Program-made: the position numbers and the translations under genes | Assembly: GCA_965216465.1 (NCBI GenBank) | Contig: CBDCFW010000006.1 | Span: 640,001 to 704,000, forward strand | Source: Bacteroidia bacterium | GTDB lineage: Bacteria > Bacteroidota > Bacteroidia > NS11-12g > UBA9320 | Length of the DNA stretch: 64,000 bases | Direction: 5' to 3' | Shown: one piece after another, positions 9,023-19,639 of the stretch | How positions within the stretch are numbered: position 1 is the stretch's first letter | How the letters are laid out: each line of letters begins with the position of its first letter | The notes under the pieces: generated by a model | Told to the model about the DNA's origin: nothing | Database searches by the model: none | The model's input: the letters and a program-made list of their open reading frames with translations, nothing else

Positions 9023-11191
9023 CTATAAGTTTTGAATCAAATAAGACCTTATTAAATCAATTCTATCCTCTTGGTCTGTATTACTTAATTGTGGAATTGA
9101 TATACTTATTTCTATATCACCTTCAGAATTAGTAATTGTCCATCTGTCATTCTTCATAGCTAGTTTTTGATTTCCTTCAATTAGATCCAATTCATCACCA
9201 TACTCCTCCAAATTAATCTTTCCTTGCAATTCTGGGGTCTTTGAAATTTCATAGAGAAAAGGATTCCAATGTCGACCATTCAAAGCATGAGGTGTATTCA
9301 TCATATAAACTTCATATTGGTTGTCCTTGATTTTTTCAAGATCATTATACCAATAGTATATTCCACTTTTCCCTGATCTCATTGTTGGGTATTTTATCAT
9401 GTAATATCGCCAATCTTTGATTGTATCTACATGTTCAAGGTGCATCGAGATTAAGGTGTGGATATATTCTCTCATATTGGTTTCATTCTTGCTTAATAGT
9501 TGGAGTAAAACACTTCTTGTCCGATCAAAATGCTTCCTCTTTTTAGATTGTGTAAAGAGCTCCCTCCATGTTGAATCATTATCATTACCAAATAAGAATC
9601 TCCATGAAGCAAGTTGAGAATAATCACCAATAGTTAATAGAGCACGACTTATAGTGAGGAGAGAGTTGGACCGTCTGAATAAATCAATAAAATTCTCAAC
9701 TAACAATTCAAACTTGCCAGGGTCATCAATGCCAATAATGGCAACATTCCCTTGGAGAAGTCTGTGATCTTCAAGTTTATTTAATGTCTCGACTAGATCA
9801 GGGTAATCCCCGCGCCACTTAATTTTATCAAGCTCCTGCTGCTTTTGAATTTCACTGTACCCTTGAGTTTTAAAGCTAATGAATCCATCAACAATAATTT
9901 CCCTTGTATCTGAAAGCAAACCGTTTAATCGAGTTTCACGAATCTCATCCGGCGAGTTAAATATTAGATTTCTTACTACTCTTAGTCGTTCTTTAAACTG
10001 AGCCTCGCTTATTTTATCTTTTAATATTAAATACTGCTGTACAGCGAAAAGCAGCAAGGTATTATTCAGCGAAAACTTCCTTGCCTTTCCGGTAATAATC
10101 CCATAATTATGGCAGCAAAGCGAGAATAGATTCGTTTGTTCTGAAAACAATGCTACTTGACCTACCGTATATCTATCATATGAAAATTGACTATCGAAGA
10201 ACTCACTTATATTCTGAATCTCATGCCAAACATCAAATGACTTAAACAGGGTTTTGAGGTTATCATATGCAGAACTATTATTTGAACCATAGACCAAACT
10301 AGCTAATTCAAAATCATTTTCAAGCACCTCCAATTCCTGCTGATAACAAATCATTTCAGTTACAAAACGGTAGAACTTCATAAATTCATCATCAATGACA
10401 TCATCAGCATCCCTAAAATGCCACAGTGTATCAACCCAGTCGTTATCTACCTTATAGATAAATTCAGAGTGGAGCTCTGTGGATACCTCTTTTATAGTTT
10501 TTTCAAAATCTGCTTTAAAATGCTCAAAAGGAGTTAGGGGCTTCCCACGGGAGTTCATTTTGATGTATAATGAGTCGGAAACTCCCATTCCCTCTAATGG
10601 CAGAAAATAAAAGCTAATGGCTGCATTTTCAGGGTTAATTAACTTTTGCCACAAATTAGTCTTACCATAAAATGTTTCATGAAGCTTGTCTATCATGACT
10701 AACATGGATTTTATAGTTGGGTCCCTCTCCCATGTATACAAGAACCAATTCTGGTCTTTAATCCAATCAGACAAAATATTAACTGACAGATCTGGTGAAC
10801 AATCCACTATCTCATCACAGAAGTGCATAGAGCTGAATCTTGTGCGATATGTAAAATTATGAAGAAAGACACATTCTTCAAGAGGAACATTCTCTTGTTT
10901 TGCAATGTACCAATGCAACAGAAAAAGGGTAGTAAGTCTTTGTTGACCATCTAACGGAATCAACTTGCCGGATTCGATATTTCCATATATAAAATCCAAC
11001 ATTATTGGCTCATCTCCGAGTAGTGCATTTTCAATCGCTCGCACAAATTGATCGCGAATCCTATTTACCTCTTTAGTTTTTCTACCTTGGGCATAGTCTC
11101 TTTGCACCATTGGAATTTCGATAGAATCAATCAACCCACTAGATAAACTGGTTCCAAAGACTTTATAAAATGTGGTTGGGGTTGAATTCAT
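9023..11191 (-). CDS. DUF262 (GmrS/ParB-like) domain protein (likely start ATG 11191)
   Basis: IPMVQRDYAQGR, DGQQRLTT, MNSRGKPLT motifs; ATGA overlap with the upstream gene's stop. Confidence 0.88.
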   Translation of the reverse strand: MNSTPTTFYKVFGTSLSSGLIDSIEIPMVQRDYAQGRKTKEVNRIRDQFVRAIENALLGDEPIMLDFIYGNIESGKLIPLDGQQRLTTLFLLHWYIAKQENVPLEECVFLHNFTYRTRFSSMHFCDEIVDCSPDLSVNILSDWIKDQNWFLYTWERDPTIKSMLVMIDKLHETFYGKTNLWQKLINPENAAISFYFLPLEGMGVSDSLYIKMNSRGKPLTPFEHFKADFEKTIKEVSTELHSEFIYKVDNDWVDTLWHFRDADDVIDDEFMKFYRFVTEMICYQQELEVLENDFELASLVYGSNNSSAYDNLKTLFKSFDVWHEIQNISEFFDSQFSYDRYTVGQVALFSEQTNLFSLCCHNYGIITGKARKFSLNNTLLLFAVQQYLILKDKISEAQFKERLRVVRNLIFNSPDEIRETRLNGLLSDTREIIVDGFISFKTQGYSEIQKQQELDKIKWRGDYPDLVETLNKLEDHRLLQGNVAIIGIDDPGKFELLVENFIDLFRRSNSLLTISRALLTIGDYSQLASWRFLFGNDNDSTWRELFTQSKKRKHFDRTRSVLLQLLSKNETNMREYIHTLISMHLEHVDTIKDWRYYMIKYPTMRSGKSGIYYWYNDLEKIKDNQYEVYMMNTPHALNGRHWNPFLYEISKTPELQGKINLEEYGDELDLIEGNQKLAMKNDRWTITNSEGDIEISISIPQLSNTDQEDRIDLIRSYLIQNL

Positions 11192-12241
11192 ATAGTTACG
11201 AGATCTTGGTTTAAATAGTTTAATAAAAGTCCATCTTCTCCAACCATACTGTTGATGTAAGCTTGTCGATCTTGCTCTCCCCAAAACTGAATCTGGTGGT
11301 CTTGGGATTCAGTATAATACTTTAAGAATACCCTTTTAGTACAAATGGGGATATAATCTCCGTTCTTATCCATTTCAATTATCTTATTTCTTTTTACATC
11401 GAATGTTGAGTTGCTCAAAGCAGCGTTGTTAGCAGTACTAAGTAGAGCCATATTGGAGATTGAGTCGATATAGCTCCGATCATCGTTCTCTGAAAGCAAC
11501 TCAAAAACATCATTAAAGATCATGTCAAACTGCTCTTTGGTTACGTTCTCAATGATTTCGTCTATTCTTTTAACTAGTGCTTGTACCTTCTCAGAATCCA
11601 GCGTTGAATTAACAAGTTGTGTTAATGATTGTCTATGCAGATGTAACCACTCTTGCTGATCAACCTGTTTGTTAAGTCCTTCAGACTGCTGTGCATGAAT
11701 ATGCTCCAAACTCCATTTGTTTTTTTTATGCTTGCTAAATGAGTATCTAGTCGTAGAATCATGCAGCCTTCTCACTGTTTCGACATTATGTAACAGCAAG
11801 ATCTTTTCAATCTTCCTTTTGTCTTTGGAGCGATCATAGCTTAATGCCAGCAAGTCCTCCTTTGAAAGGTTTAAGCTTACTCTTATCGATTCATCAAGAC
11901 TTTGCTGAAACTGTGTTTTGGTGAGGGACTTTGAATCTTCTATGATAGACCTCATAGACTTTCCTATTGCCACTAAATAGCCCACTTTATGATATATATC
12001 TCTTTTTTCAAACCATCCTTTTAAAATTAGAAAATAAGCTTGAATTTCTCTCCAGATATCAACCTTGGGTTTTGAATTTGTCTCATCTGAAAAATAGAAA
12101 AATGTAAAGAATTCTTCTCTCTCATGTTCATCCTTATTTGCCATAAGGTTAAAGATTAATTCTATTCTGGTAGCAAATAGTTGTGGTGACTGATTGGTAA
12201 GAAAATACCAAAGTTGATCATCTTGGAGGTCTTGTTCTATT
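11188..12241 (-). pseudogene. 5'-truncated GmrSD-like (DUF1524 HNH C-terminal) gene cut by IS
   Basis: SLEHIHAQ and SISNMALL..NAALSN motifs; the frame stays open (IEQDLQDDQLWYFLTN...) right up to the IS end at 12242. Confidence 0.85.
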
Positions 12242-12329
12242 TGTTTAAAGTCAGCAAAAAGTGAACTATTTAGGTTAAATTAATAAGATAGAGGTTTTAA
12301 TAAATTTATAACCTTTTAAAGAAACCTTA

Positions 12330-12677
12330 ATGGCAAACAAGAAAAGTGCGAGTTCACTAATTAGTGACTTAAAAAGAAAGACAAGAAAGAAGTATTCATC
12401 AGAAGAAAAGATTCACATCATTATTGAAGGCATACGTGGAGAGACCTCCGTTGCTGAATTATGCAGAAAAGAAGGCATCAGCCAGGCGAACTATTACAAG
12501 TGGAGTAAAGACTTCATGGAAGCAGGTAAGCGTCGATTAACAGGCGATACCATGCGAGAAGCCAACACCTCAGAGGTGAAAGACCTAAAGAGGGAGAATC
12601 AGTCTTTAAAGGAGCTTGTAGCAGAGTTATCCTTGAAGAATCGAGAATTGAAAAAAAACTTAAGTGGCGAAGAGTAG
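12330..12677 (+). CDS. IS transposase OrfA (HTH plus leucine zipper)
   Basis: RKKYSSEEKI..SVAELCRKEGIS..YYKW, followed by a coiled coil. Confidence 0.92.
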   Translation: MANKKSASSLISDLKRKTRKKYSSEEKIHIIIEGIRGETSVAELCRKEGISQANYYKWSKDFMEAGKRRLTGDTMREANTSEVKDLKRENQSLKELVAELSLKNRELKKNLSGEE

Positions 12678-12692
12678 AAAGGGAAGAAGTAT

Positions 12693-13667
12693 ATGCATTA
12701 CAGTCAACAAGAGAAGTACGAGCTAATAAGGCTTGTAGAACAATCAGATCTGGGCGTTATACGCACGCTAAGGGAGCTTAAGATTAATAAGACTACTTTC
12801 TACAACTGGTATAGAGCTTATAATGAACTAGGCTTTGAAGGCCTTGCTCGTAAACCTAGTAGAAGAAAAGGCTCATGGAACAGGATTAATGAGCAAGACC
12901 GAGACAAGGTCCTTGAAATAGCATTAGAAAAACCAGAGCTTTCAGCAAGAGAAGTAGCCTGGCATATTACAGACACCTACAGCTATTTCATTAGTGAGTC
13001 TAGTGTATATCGTATTCTTAAAGCTAATGGATTAATCTCCACTCCAGCCTTTAGGATTATGAGTGCATCAGATAGTTTTTACGATAAAACCACTCATGTA
13101 AATCAGATGTGGCAGACAGACTTCACCTACTTTAAAGTCTTTGGTTGGGGATGGTATTACCTCTCCACTGTATTGGATGATTACTCCAGGTTTATTGTTA
13201 ACTGGAAGTTATGTTCTACCATGAAGGCAGAGGATGTAAAAGACACCTTAGATGAGGCTTTATTGGCTTCTGGAGTCTCCGATAATAGCAGACCAAAGCT
13301 ACTATCAGACAACGGCTCTTGTTACATATCAGGCGAACTTGCTGATTATCTTCAAGTTCAAAATATGAAACATGTAAGAGGAAGACCATTACACCCTCAA
13401 ACACAAGGAAAAATAGAACGGTATCACCGATCTATGAAAAACGTAGTGAAGTTAGATAACTATTTTAGTCCAGAACAATTAGAAAGAAAGTTGAAAGAGT
13501 TCGTGGAGTATTACAACTACAAACGCTACCATGAATCCTTAGACAACCTTACACCAGCTGAGGTATATTATGGCAAAGCAGAACAGAAATTGATGCAGAG
13601 AAGTAAAACGAAAACAAGAACGCTTAAAGCAAGAAAAAAACAGTATCAGAAAATTAACTTAAATTAG
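12693..13667 (+). CDS. IS transposase OrfB (rve/DDE)
   Basis: WQTDFTY, LDDYSR, LSDNGS, GKIERYH. Confidence 0.93.
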   Translation: MHYSQQEKYELIRLVEQSDLGVIRTLRELKINKTTFYNWYRAYNELGFEGLARKPSRRKGSWNRINEQDRDKVLEIALEKPELSAREVAWHITDTYSYFISESSVYRILKANGLISTPAFRIMSASDSFYDKTTHVNQMWQTDFTYFKVFGWGWYYLSTVLDDYSRFIVNWKLCSTMKAEDVKDTLDEALLASGVSDNSRPKLLSDNGSCYISGELADYLQVQNMKHVRGRPLHPQTQGKIERYHRSMKNVVKLDNYFSPEQLERKLKEFVEYYNYKRYHESLDNLTPAEVYYGKAEQKLMQRSKTKTRTLKARKKQYQKINLN

Positions 13668-13724
13668 TACCAACTCTATCTTAATTTTTTAACTAAAAAG
13701 TTCAGATTTGGTTGACGTCATACA

Positions 13725-15274
13725 CATCATTTTTAGACGAACAGGAGGCAATTGGCTCCCCTTTCCCTTTAAAGGAAAACGACAATAAAAGTTTTCAAGG
13801 AAGCATAATTCTAGGGATGGGATTTGTCCTTGAAAAAGATGAAGCAAGCAAACTCCTAGAAGTCGATGAAAATCTACAGGTTATAAAGGAATACCTCAAC
13901 GGGAGTGATCTCAATAGCAATCCGGATCAATCTGCGTCTAGATATGTTATTAATTTCTATGACTGGTCTGAAGAAAAGGCTGCGAATTATTCGCAAGTGT
14001 ATTCAATAGTTTTAGATAAAGTAAAGCCAGAACGTCAGAGATGGAAAAAGGATAAGCAAGGAAATGATTTGGTTGGAGTATATGCCTTGCGTAAACCTCT
14101 CCCAGAAAAATGGTGGCAACATGCAGAGAGGCGTCCTGCTTTATATAAAGCTTTAGAGACTAAAAACCGTGTGCTTGTTTCCTGTCGAGTGTCGAAATAT
14201 GTAAATCAATCTTTTGTTGAAGTTGGACCAATTTTTGACGTTGCAACCACAGTTGTTATCCGAGATACATGGTATGAGTATGCAGCCCTGCAGAGTTCGT
14301 TACACGATCATTGGGCATGGAAATATGCCTCGACACTTGAGTCTAGGATACGATATGTCAATGTTGATTGTATTGACACATTCCCATTACCTGAAGGTTT
14401 AATTGATGTATTAAAAAAGTCAGGTGAAGATTATCACGAGCTTAGATCCAAAATAATGCTGACATGTAAGCTAGGATTGACCAAAATCTATAATCAGTTC
14501 CATAATCCCAAACTTATCGTTCAAGTGTTAGACTTATCGAGTCAAGACTTTCAAAAGAGATACGGAAAGGAAACTTGGAACCTTTATAACCATTTAGAAA
14601 TCAAAAGAGAAGGTGATATTTCATATGAAGAAGCTGTTCCTCTGATTTCAAAATTGCGTGATCTTCATAAAGAGATGGACGAAGCCGTGCTGACTGCCTA
14701 TGGCTGGCACGAAACCTCTGAAAAATGGGGCAAAGCGATTCAACTCCGCCATGATTTCTATGAAGTAGATTACCTGCCCGAGAATGATCGAGTGCGCTAT
14801 ACTATACACCCGGATGCGAGAAAAGAAGTTCTCAAACGTCTATTACTTCTCAACCATGAACGGTTTGAGGAAGAGATTGCTAAAGGTCTACATAAAAAGA
14901 AAGATGTTATGGCCTATTACGAGCAAAAAGGAAAACCTATCCCAAATGGGACAACGTATAGTGATAGCAAAGGTGCAACCAAAAAACGTGTACCAAGAAA
15001 ATCTAAAACGGCTAATGAGCCTAAAACCCAATATGGTCTGTTTGGAGAAGATAATCAAGTCATTAACAATGATTCCAAGGTCACTCTTGAAAACAATGAT
15101 GGCAATTCCTTTAAATACCACATTCTGAAAAATGCCGTGAAAGGACAGTTTACAGGAGATTATAAACAGATCAGTTTGGATTCTGGCTTTGCCATCGCTA
15201 TGCAAGGAAAGAAAGTGGGAGATGAACTGGAGTTTGGAGGTGTGACCTATTCAGTAAAGGAGGTAATATCATGA
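13725..15274 (+). pseudogene. 3' remnant of a type IIG/MmeI/DISARM DrmMI-like adenine methyltransferase (TRD region) with a C-terminal GreA/GreB-like domain
   Basis: SFQGSIILGMGF, YLNGSDLNS, VINFYDW, TFPLP, AYGW, RYTIHPDARKEVLKRLLLLNHER; catalytic motifs are absent; begins at the IS end. Confidence 0.78.
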
Positions 15275-15843
15275 GCAACTCAGTCATTGTCTTAGGTTGG
15301 GGATCGCTTATTTGGGATCCTAAAGAGTTGAAACTAAAAGCACAATCGGAATGGCAAGAAGATGGGCCACGTTTACCAATCGAGTTTGCTCGGATCTCAA
15401 GTCGAGATAGACTTACTCTTGTTCGCAAAATGGACGCTGAACCCGTTCAAGTTCTATGGCATGAAATGGATCCAGAATTGACGTTAGATGAAGCTGTTGA
15501 GGACCTTAGAATCCGCGAAGGATGTCCGAGTCAAGAACGTATCGGTTTTATCGACTTAGGTGCTAATACACAGAGAAGTTGGGACCCGGAATTTGCAGTT
15601 ACTATCACCAATTGGGCCAAAGAAAAAGGGATTGATAAAGTTATTTGGACAGATCTTGGAGTGAAATTCAAAGGGGTAACAGGAGAAGACTTTTCACCGG
15701 ATAGCGCAATTGCTTACCTCAGCGGATTAAAAGACAGTTCAAATGCAAAAGAATATGTAGAGAAAGCACCTCCTCAAATACAAACGGTAGTGAGAAATAA
15801 AATTAGAGAAGAACTAAAGTGGGGCTATGAGCCTACCACTTAA
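15271..15843 (+). CDS. Gamma-glutamylcyclotransferase-like fold hypothetical protein
   Basis: N-terminal LGWGSLIW motif and LRIREG; ATGA-coupled to the methyltransferase remnant. Confidence 0.6.
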   Translation: MSNSVIVLGWGSLIWDPKELKLKAQSEWQEDGPRLPIEFARISSRDRLTLVRKMDAEPVQVLWHEMDPELTLDEAVEDLRIREGCPSQERIGFIDLGANTQRSWDPEFAVTITNWAKEKGIDKVIWTDLGVKFKGVTGEDFSPDSAIAYLSGLKDSSNAKEYVEKAPPQIQTVVRNKIREELKWGYEPTT

Positions 15844-15898
15844 ACAAAGTCAAAATAATCTAGTACACATGATAAACAAGAAGTAAACCTTATCCTAT

Positions 15899-18620
15899 AT
15901 GCACATTTCCAATCTTCACATTTTTGATAGAGATACAGATGCCAATGAACAACTTCTGGGTTACAAGTTTCAGGAACTAAAAACGCTCGAAACATGGTTG
16001 CGCAACAAAGTCAATGGAATCGATGAGGAAATCTATTGTGAAGTTGAAGAAGATATTCTGCAAAGAGATTTTGAGGGACAATCGGCAACCTTTCGTCAGG
16101 TTAAGTTATACTCCAGTAAAGCATTCTCATTCACATCTGTTGAAATTAAAAAGGCCCTCTTTAACTTTCTAATGCACTTTGCGAACAAGGATTTCCTCTT
16201 CGATGAAGTAGTATTTTCGTTTGAAACAAATACTTCCTTAGCAAGGGAATATGCAGAAAATTCCGCAAAGCTCTTAGGTGAATGGATCGAAAACCAAGGA
16301 ACTTTGAGCGATGATCTTATGAATCGTTGCATAGAGAAGGTCAAAGAAATTACAGGAGATTACATAAGTAAGAGATATGAAGCACTAATCTTAAAAGATG
16401 AGACCAAAGAAGAAGCTGAAACTGCCAAAAGAACTTTTGACGAATTACCACAAGAGATATGGAGGAACTTTGTAAAAGCAATTCGATGGGAATTCACTGA
16501 AGAAACATCTGAAAATTCAGTTATTCAAGTTAAAGAGAACATCGAACGACTAATCGGCGAGCTGGCCTTCCCAATTTCACAAGAACAAAGCGACAACATA
16601 TTTGCTAGACTTCAGCAGGAAGTGGGCAATCGCTCTGTTGGTGCAGATCCAAAAGAACGATGTCTTACAAATAGATTAATGGATGGTATTCTCCTTAGCA
16701 TGGGCGGTAAAGAAGATAATTGGTATCTAGAGACGTTAGAACGCTGGGAGTCTATTGACACGAAGATAAAATTCACTGTTGGTCTATTCTATCAAGTCAA
16801 ACATGCTGCTCGTCACTGCCGACAAAGTGGTTATCTCGAGGAACACGGTGATATTTGGTTGAAACAGCTGTCCGGATTTATCAATTCTGACGATATTTTA
16901 CCTAAGTGCCGACGAGAAGGAATCTATGAATTCATATGGGTCACCCTCATGCCAAGAATTGAAATCGAGACTACTTCGGCGTCTTTAAATAATGTCAATG
17001 GGCTCGAAGATCTTCTACGGGAGTACTTCGTAGACCTTGAATTATATACTGATCATCTTGCAATTGAAGATTGTCTGAATTTGCTCACCCTTATTGCATC
17101 TCACCAGCAAATGGGCTTTAATGAACTAAAAAAGTGAAGAGATCATTGATTGGTCAAATCGACTTCAGAAACTAATTCAGAGTCAACTGGATACGGAAAA
17201 AAACCCAAACATCCTGTGCCATCTAACTGAACTATTTGCATTCTTATTGCTGCAGAAGAAAATTCTAAATATTGAATCAATTGATATTGATCGAATAATT
17301 ACAGAATTGGGAAAAATCCCTTCAATGGTTGATTCAGCTCCGTTGTACCCAGTTTCGCACTTAGCAACTAGAATTGAAGAAGTAGCGAAAATGTATTTAA
17401 GCATGGATGCTGAGTCTGAAGAAGGTAAAGCATTAGATAGTTTTCTAGAAGAAATTGTCGATATAGCTGAAATTAGGGAGGAAGGCTTTGATAGAGCAAA
17501 AAGATATATTCGAAAAGGGGCTAAATTAATCAGGCCAGATGGATCTGTTTCTTCATACAAAGCTTTGGATTACTTTCACCAGGCAACCAGTCTATATCTA
17601 CACGATGAATCAATTGAGGGGTACGTTTTAGGGCTAATCAATATTGCTCAACTATATAGCACTAGAACTATGAACCTTGCTGCTAAACAACAATGTCTTT
17701 CAGGCATGATTACTTGCCTCCAGCATGGTGAAAACAAGCTATTGAAAAGGATTGCAGACTCTGCTGCTACAATGCTGCATATTGACTTCCAACAAGGAGC
17801 TTGGATTACTGCTTTCCATGATTTTCTGTTATTCTCTCAATGGAGAACTGAACTTGACTCTAGCCCACTTGATATGGAGAAGGATGACCTATTGAGAAAG
17901 TCAATTGGAAAAATTGCAATTGCACTCCACTTAGCACTACAAATAAGTCCGCAGTTATCAGCTTTCATTTCATATATGACTGGTAAGGTATCAGATCATT
18001 TTCGACCATCATTAGATGCAGCGCTTTCTACTTTATCGGAGGGTTTTGAACCAACCTCAATACCTGCATTTCTGCGAAGTAACCTGTCGGATATCGTTCT
18101 TGGAGATATAGGACCAAGGAGAACAATCTGCTGGAAAAATTGTAATGTGGAATGGAAACTTATGTTCGATAATGACTATATGACTAACTCGTGCGCGGAA
18201 GAGTTTTGCGCAGCCATTCAAATCCTTCTTACAGAAATAGAATTAAGGAATCCAGACATACCATTTACTGCAAACCATCTTGAGATTGAACTAATTGCTG
18301 GTACTTCTTCAACTTCACCAGAAGAAATAGTCTCGGGCGAATCATCTAAGTGGACGATTACTGCACCGATCATTGAGAAACCTACCGATGAAGAAGCTCT
18401 ATTACATCAGAATTTCCTATTCGACAGCATTCGAATTATTCTTAGTTCAGTATGCAAATTGCCTTCTTCAGAGTTTGATGAAATCTATCAAACTGTCATC
18501 AAAAAGAGGGATCTCATATTCCCTTCTCCTAAGAACGCATACCAGGTTATGTTTCGGCTAATCTATTCAGAGGACAGTTTCAATCAATACATGCGATCCC
18601 AGTTTAATCCTATCAGTTGA
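15899..18620 (+). pseudogene. Cap4/DUF4297-like dsDNA nuclease plus helical-repeat protein, split by a frameshift in the A6 run at 17128-17133
   Basis: GYKFQ..CEVEEDI..RQVKLY nuclease-like N-terminus; removing one A joins 15899..17137 to the open frame leading into 17247..18620 (about 906 aa). Confidence 0.7.
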
Positions 18621-18776
18621 GAGATCAGTACGTAACCAGTTACAAGGAGAGTTTGGGTGCAACTCTAGACTATACTAGTTGCTTAAAACCTCCTCCAACC
18701 TTACTGAAACATTGTCAAAATGGTCACATAACGAACACATTAATTAAAGTATTTATCCCTGAAAAAAATTAATTCC

Positions 18777-19493
18777 ATGGAAACAGAAAAGCTTTTTAAC
18801 GAAATGAAACAACTACGCCTGTTACTAGCTAAAGTTGTTGGCACACAAGATTTGCCAAAGAGAGAACAATTCTCAAAAGAGGCCATTAAAAAAGCCTCTT
18901 TAGAATTTCGTAAACTCCAGACGGAAAGGGGTGAATGGATTGAAGACTATGAAATCTCCAAAGTCATACGGTCAGCAGGTTTCAGATCCGGAAGATTTAT
19001 CATTGAGAAGTTCGGATTCAAAAACTACTTCAAACGGGGACACCAATACTTTTTTAACCGAAAGGATCTAATGGCCCTAAACAAAGAACTAAAGGCACGA
19101 AAAATCCATTTGGGTACTTACATGAAGTTGGAAGAGGACAAAGAGAAGTTTCACAAATTTCTTAGCGAATTAAAACAAGGAAAGAAAAGACGTCCAAAGT
19201 ATAAAATTCCAGAGCAACTAGAAAATATATGCACTCAACCTTACAATCATCCTCCTAAAGAAAAGGTCTTGAAGCATCTAGATGATTTGATGCAGGAGTT
19301 TGAGAAGGACAAATTGGTAGAATTTATTGACATATTCCAGGAGTCATACGCTATGGTAAAGCACATCTATCACTTTGATCGTTACATCGACCCTTCAATA
19401 AGAAGAAAATGTAACAAATGGTGTTTTGAATACAACTATGCTCAGAATGCTCTTGCAGAAATCAAGAAAATTCGCAGTGAGATTATTTATTAG
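18777..19493 (+). CDS. Hypothetical basic DNA-binding protein (excisionase/MerR-like HTH suspected)
   Basis: EWIEDYEISKVI..KRGHQYFFNRKDL resembles the HTH_17 wing motif. Confidence 0.5.
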   Translation: METEKLFNEMKQLRLLLAKVVGTQDLPKREQFSKEAIKKASLEFRKLQTERGEWIEDYEISKVIRSAGFRSGRFIIEKFGFKNYFKRGHQYFFNRKDLMALNKELKARKIHLGTYMKLEEDKEKFHKFLSELKQGKKRRPKYKIPEQLENICTQPYNHPPKEKVLKHLDDLMQEFEKDKLVEFIDIFQESYAMVKHIYHFDRYIDPSIRRKCNKWCFEYNYAQNALAEIKKIRSEIIY

Positions 19494-19639
19494 TTGATTT
19501 TGAACCTATATTGGATATATAGTCATCCTAAGTTTTTAAGTGGTTTAATGAATATCTAAAGGATATCTGATACTTCCAATTATTTACTTGTCTGGTTATA
19601 TTAAATGATTGGCTCACAATACTTATCCTAACTACCATA

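Larger units (their letters stand above)
12242..13724 (+). mobile_element. IS3-family insertion sequence, 1483 bp
   Basis: TG...CA ends; about 50-bp imperfect terminal inverted repeats (tgtttaaagtcagcaaaaagtgaactatttagg / tgtatgacgtcaaccaaatctgaactttttagt); no flanking target duplication. Confidence 0.9.

Noticed and set aside
11192-11284. N-terminal extension of the DUF262 ORF
   Set aside because: It overlaps the upstream gene; the ATGA coupling at 11188-11191 is a better start
12693-13667. rve 'integrase' as the island's integrase
   Set aside because: It is the DDE transposase of an IS bounded by its own inverted repeats, not a site-specific recombinase for tRNA att sites
13712-13724. ORF-track start for a 520-aa protein
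   Set aside because: The TTG start lies inside the IS right inverted repeat; the ORF is a truncated remnant
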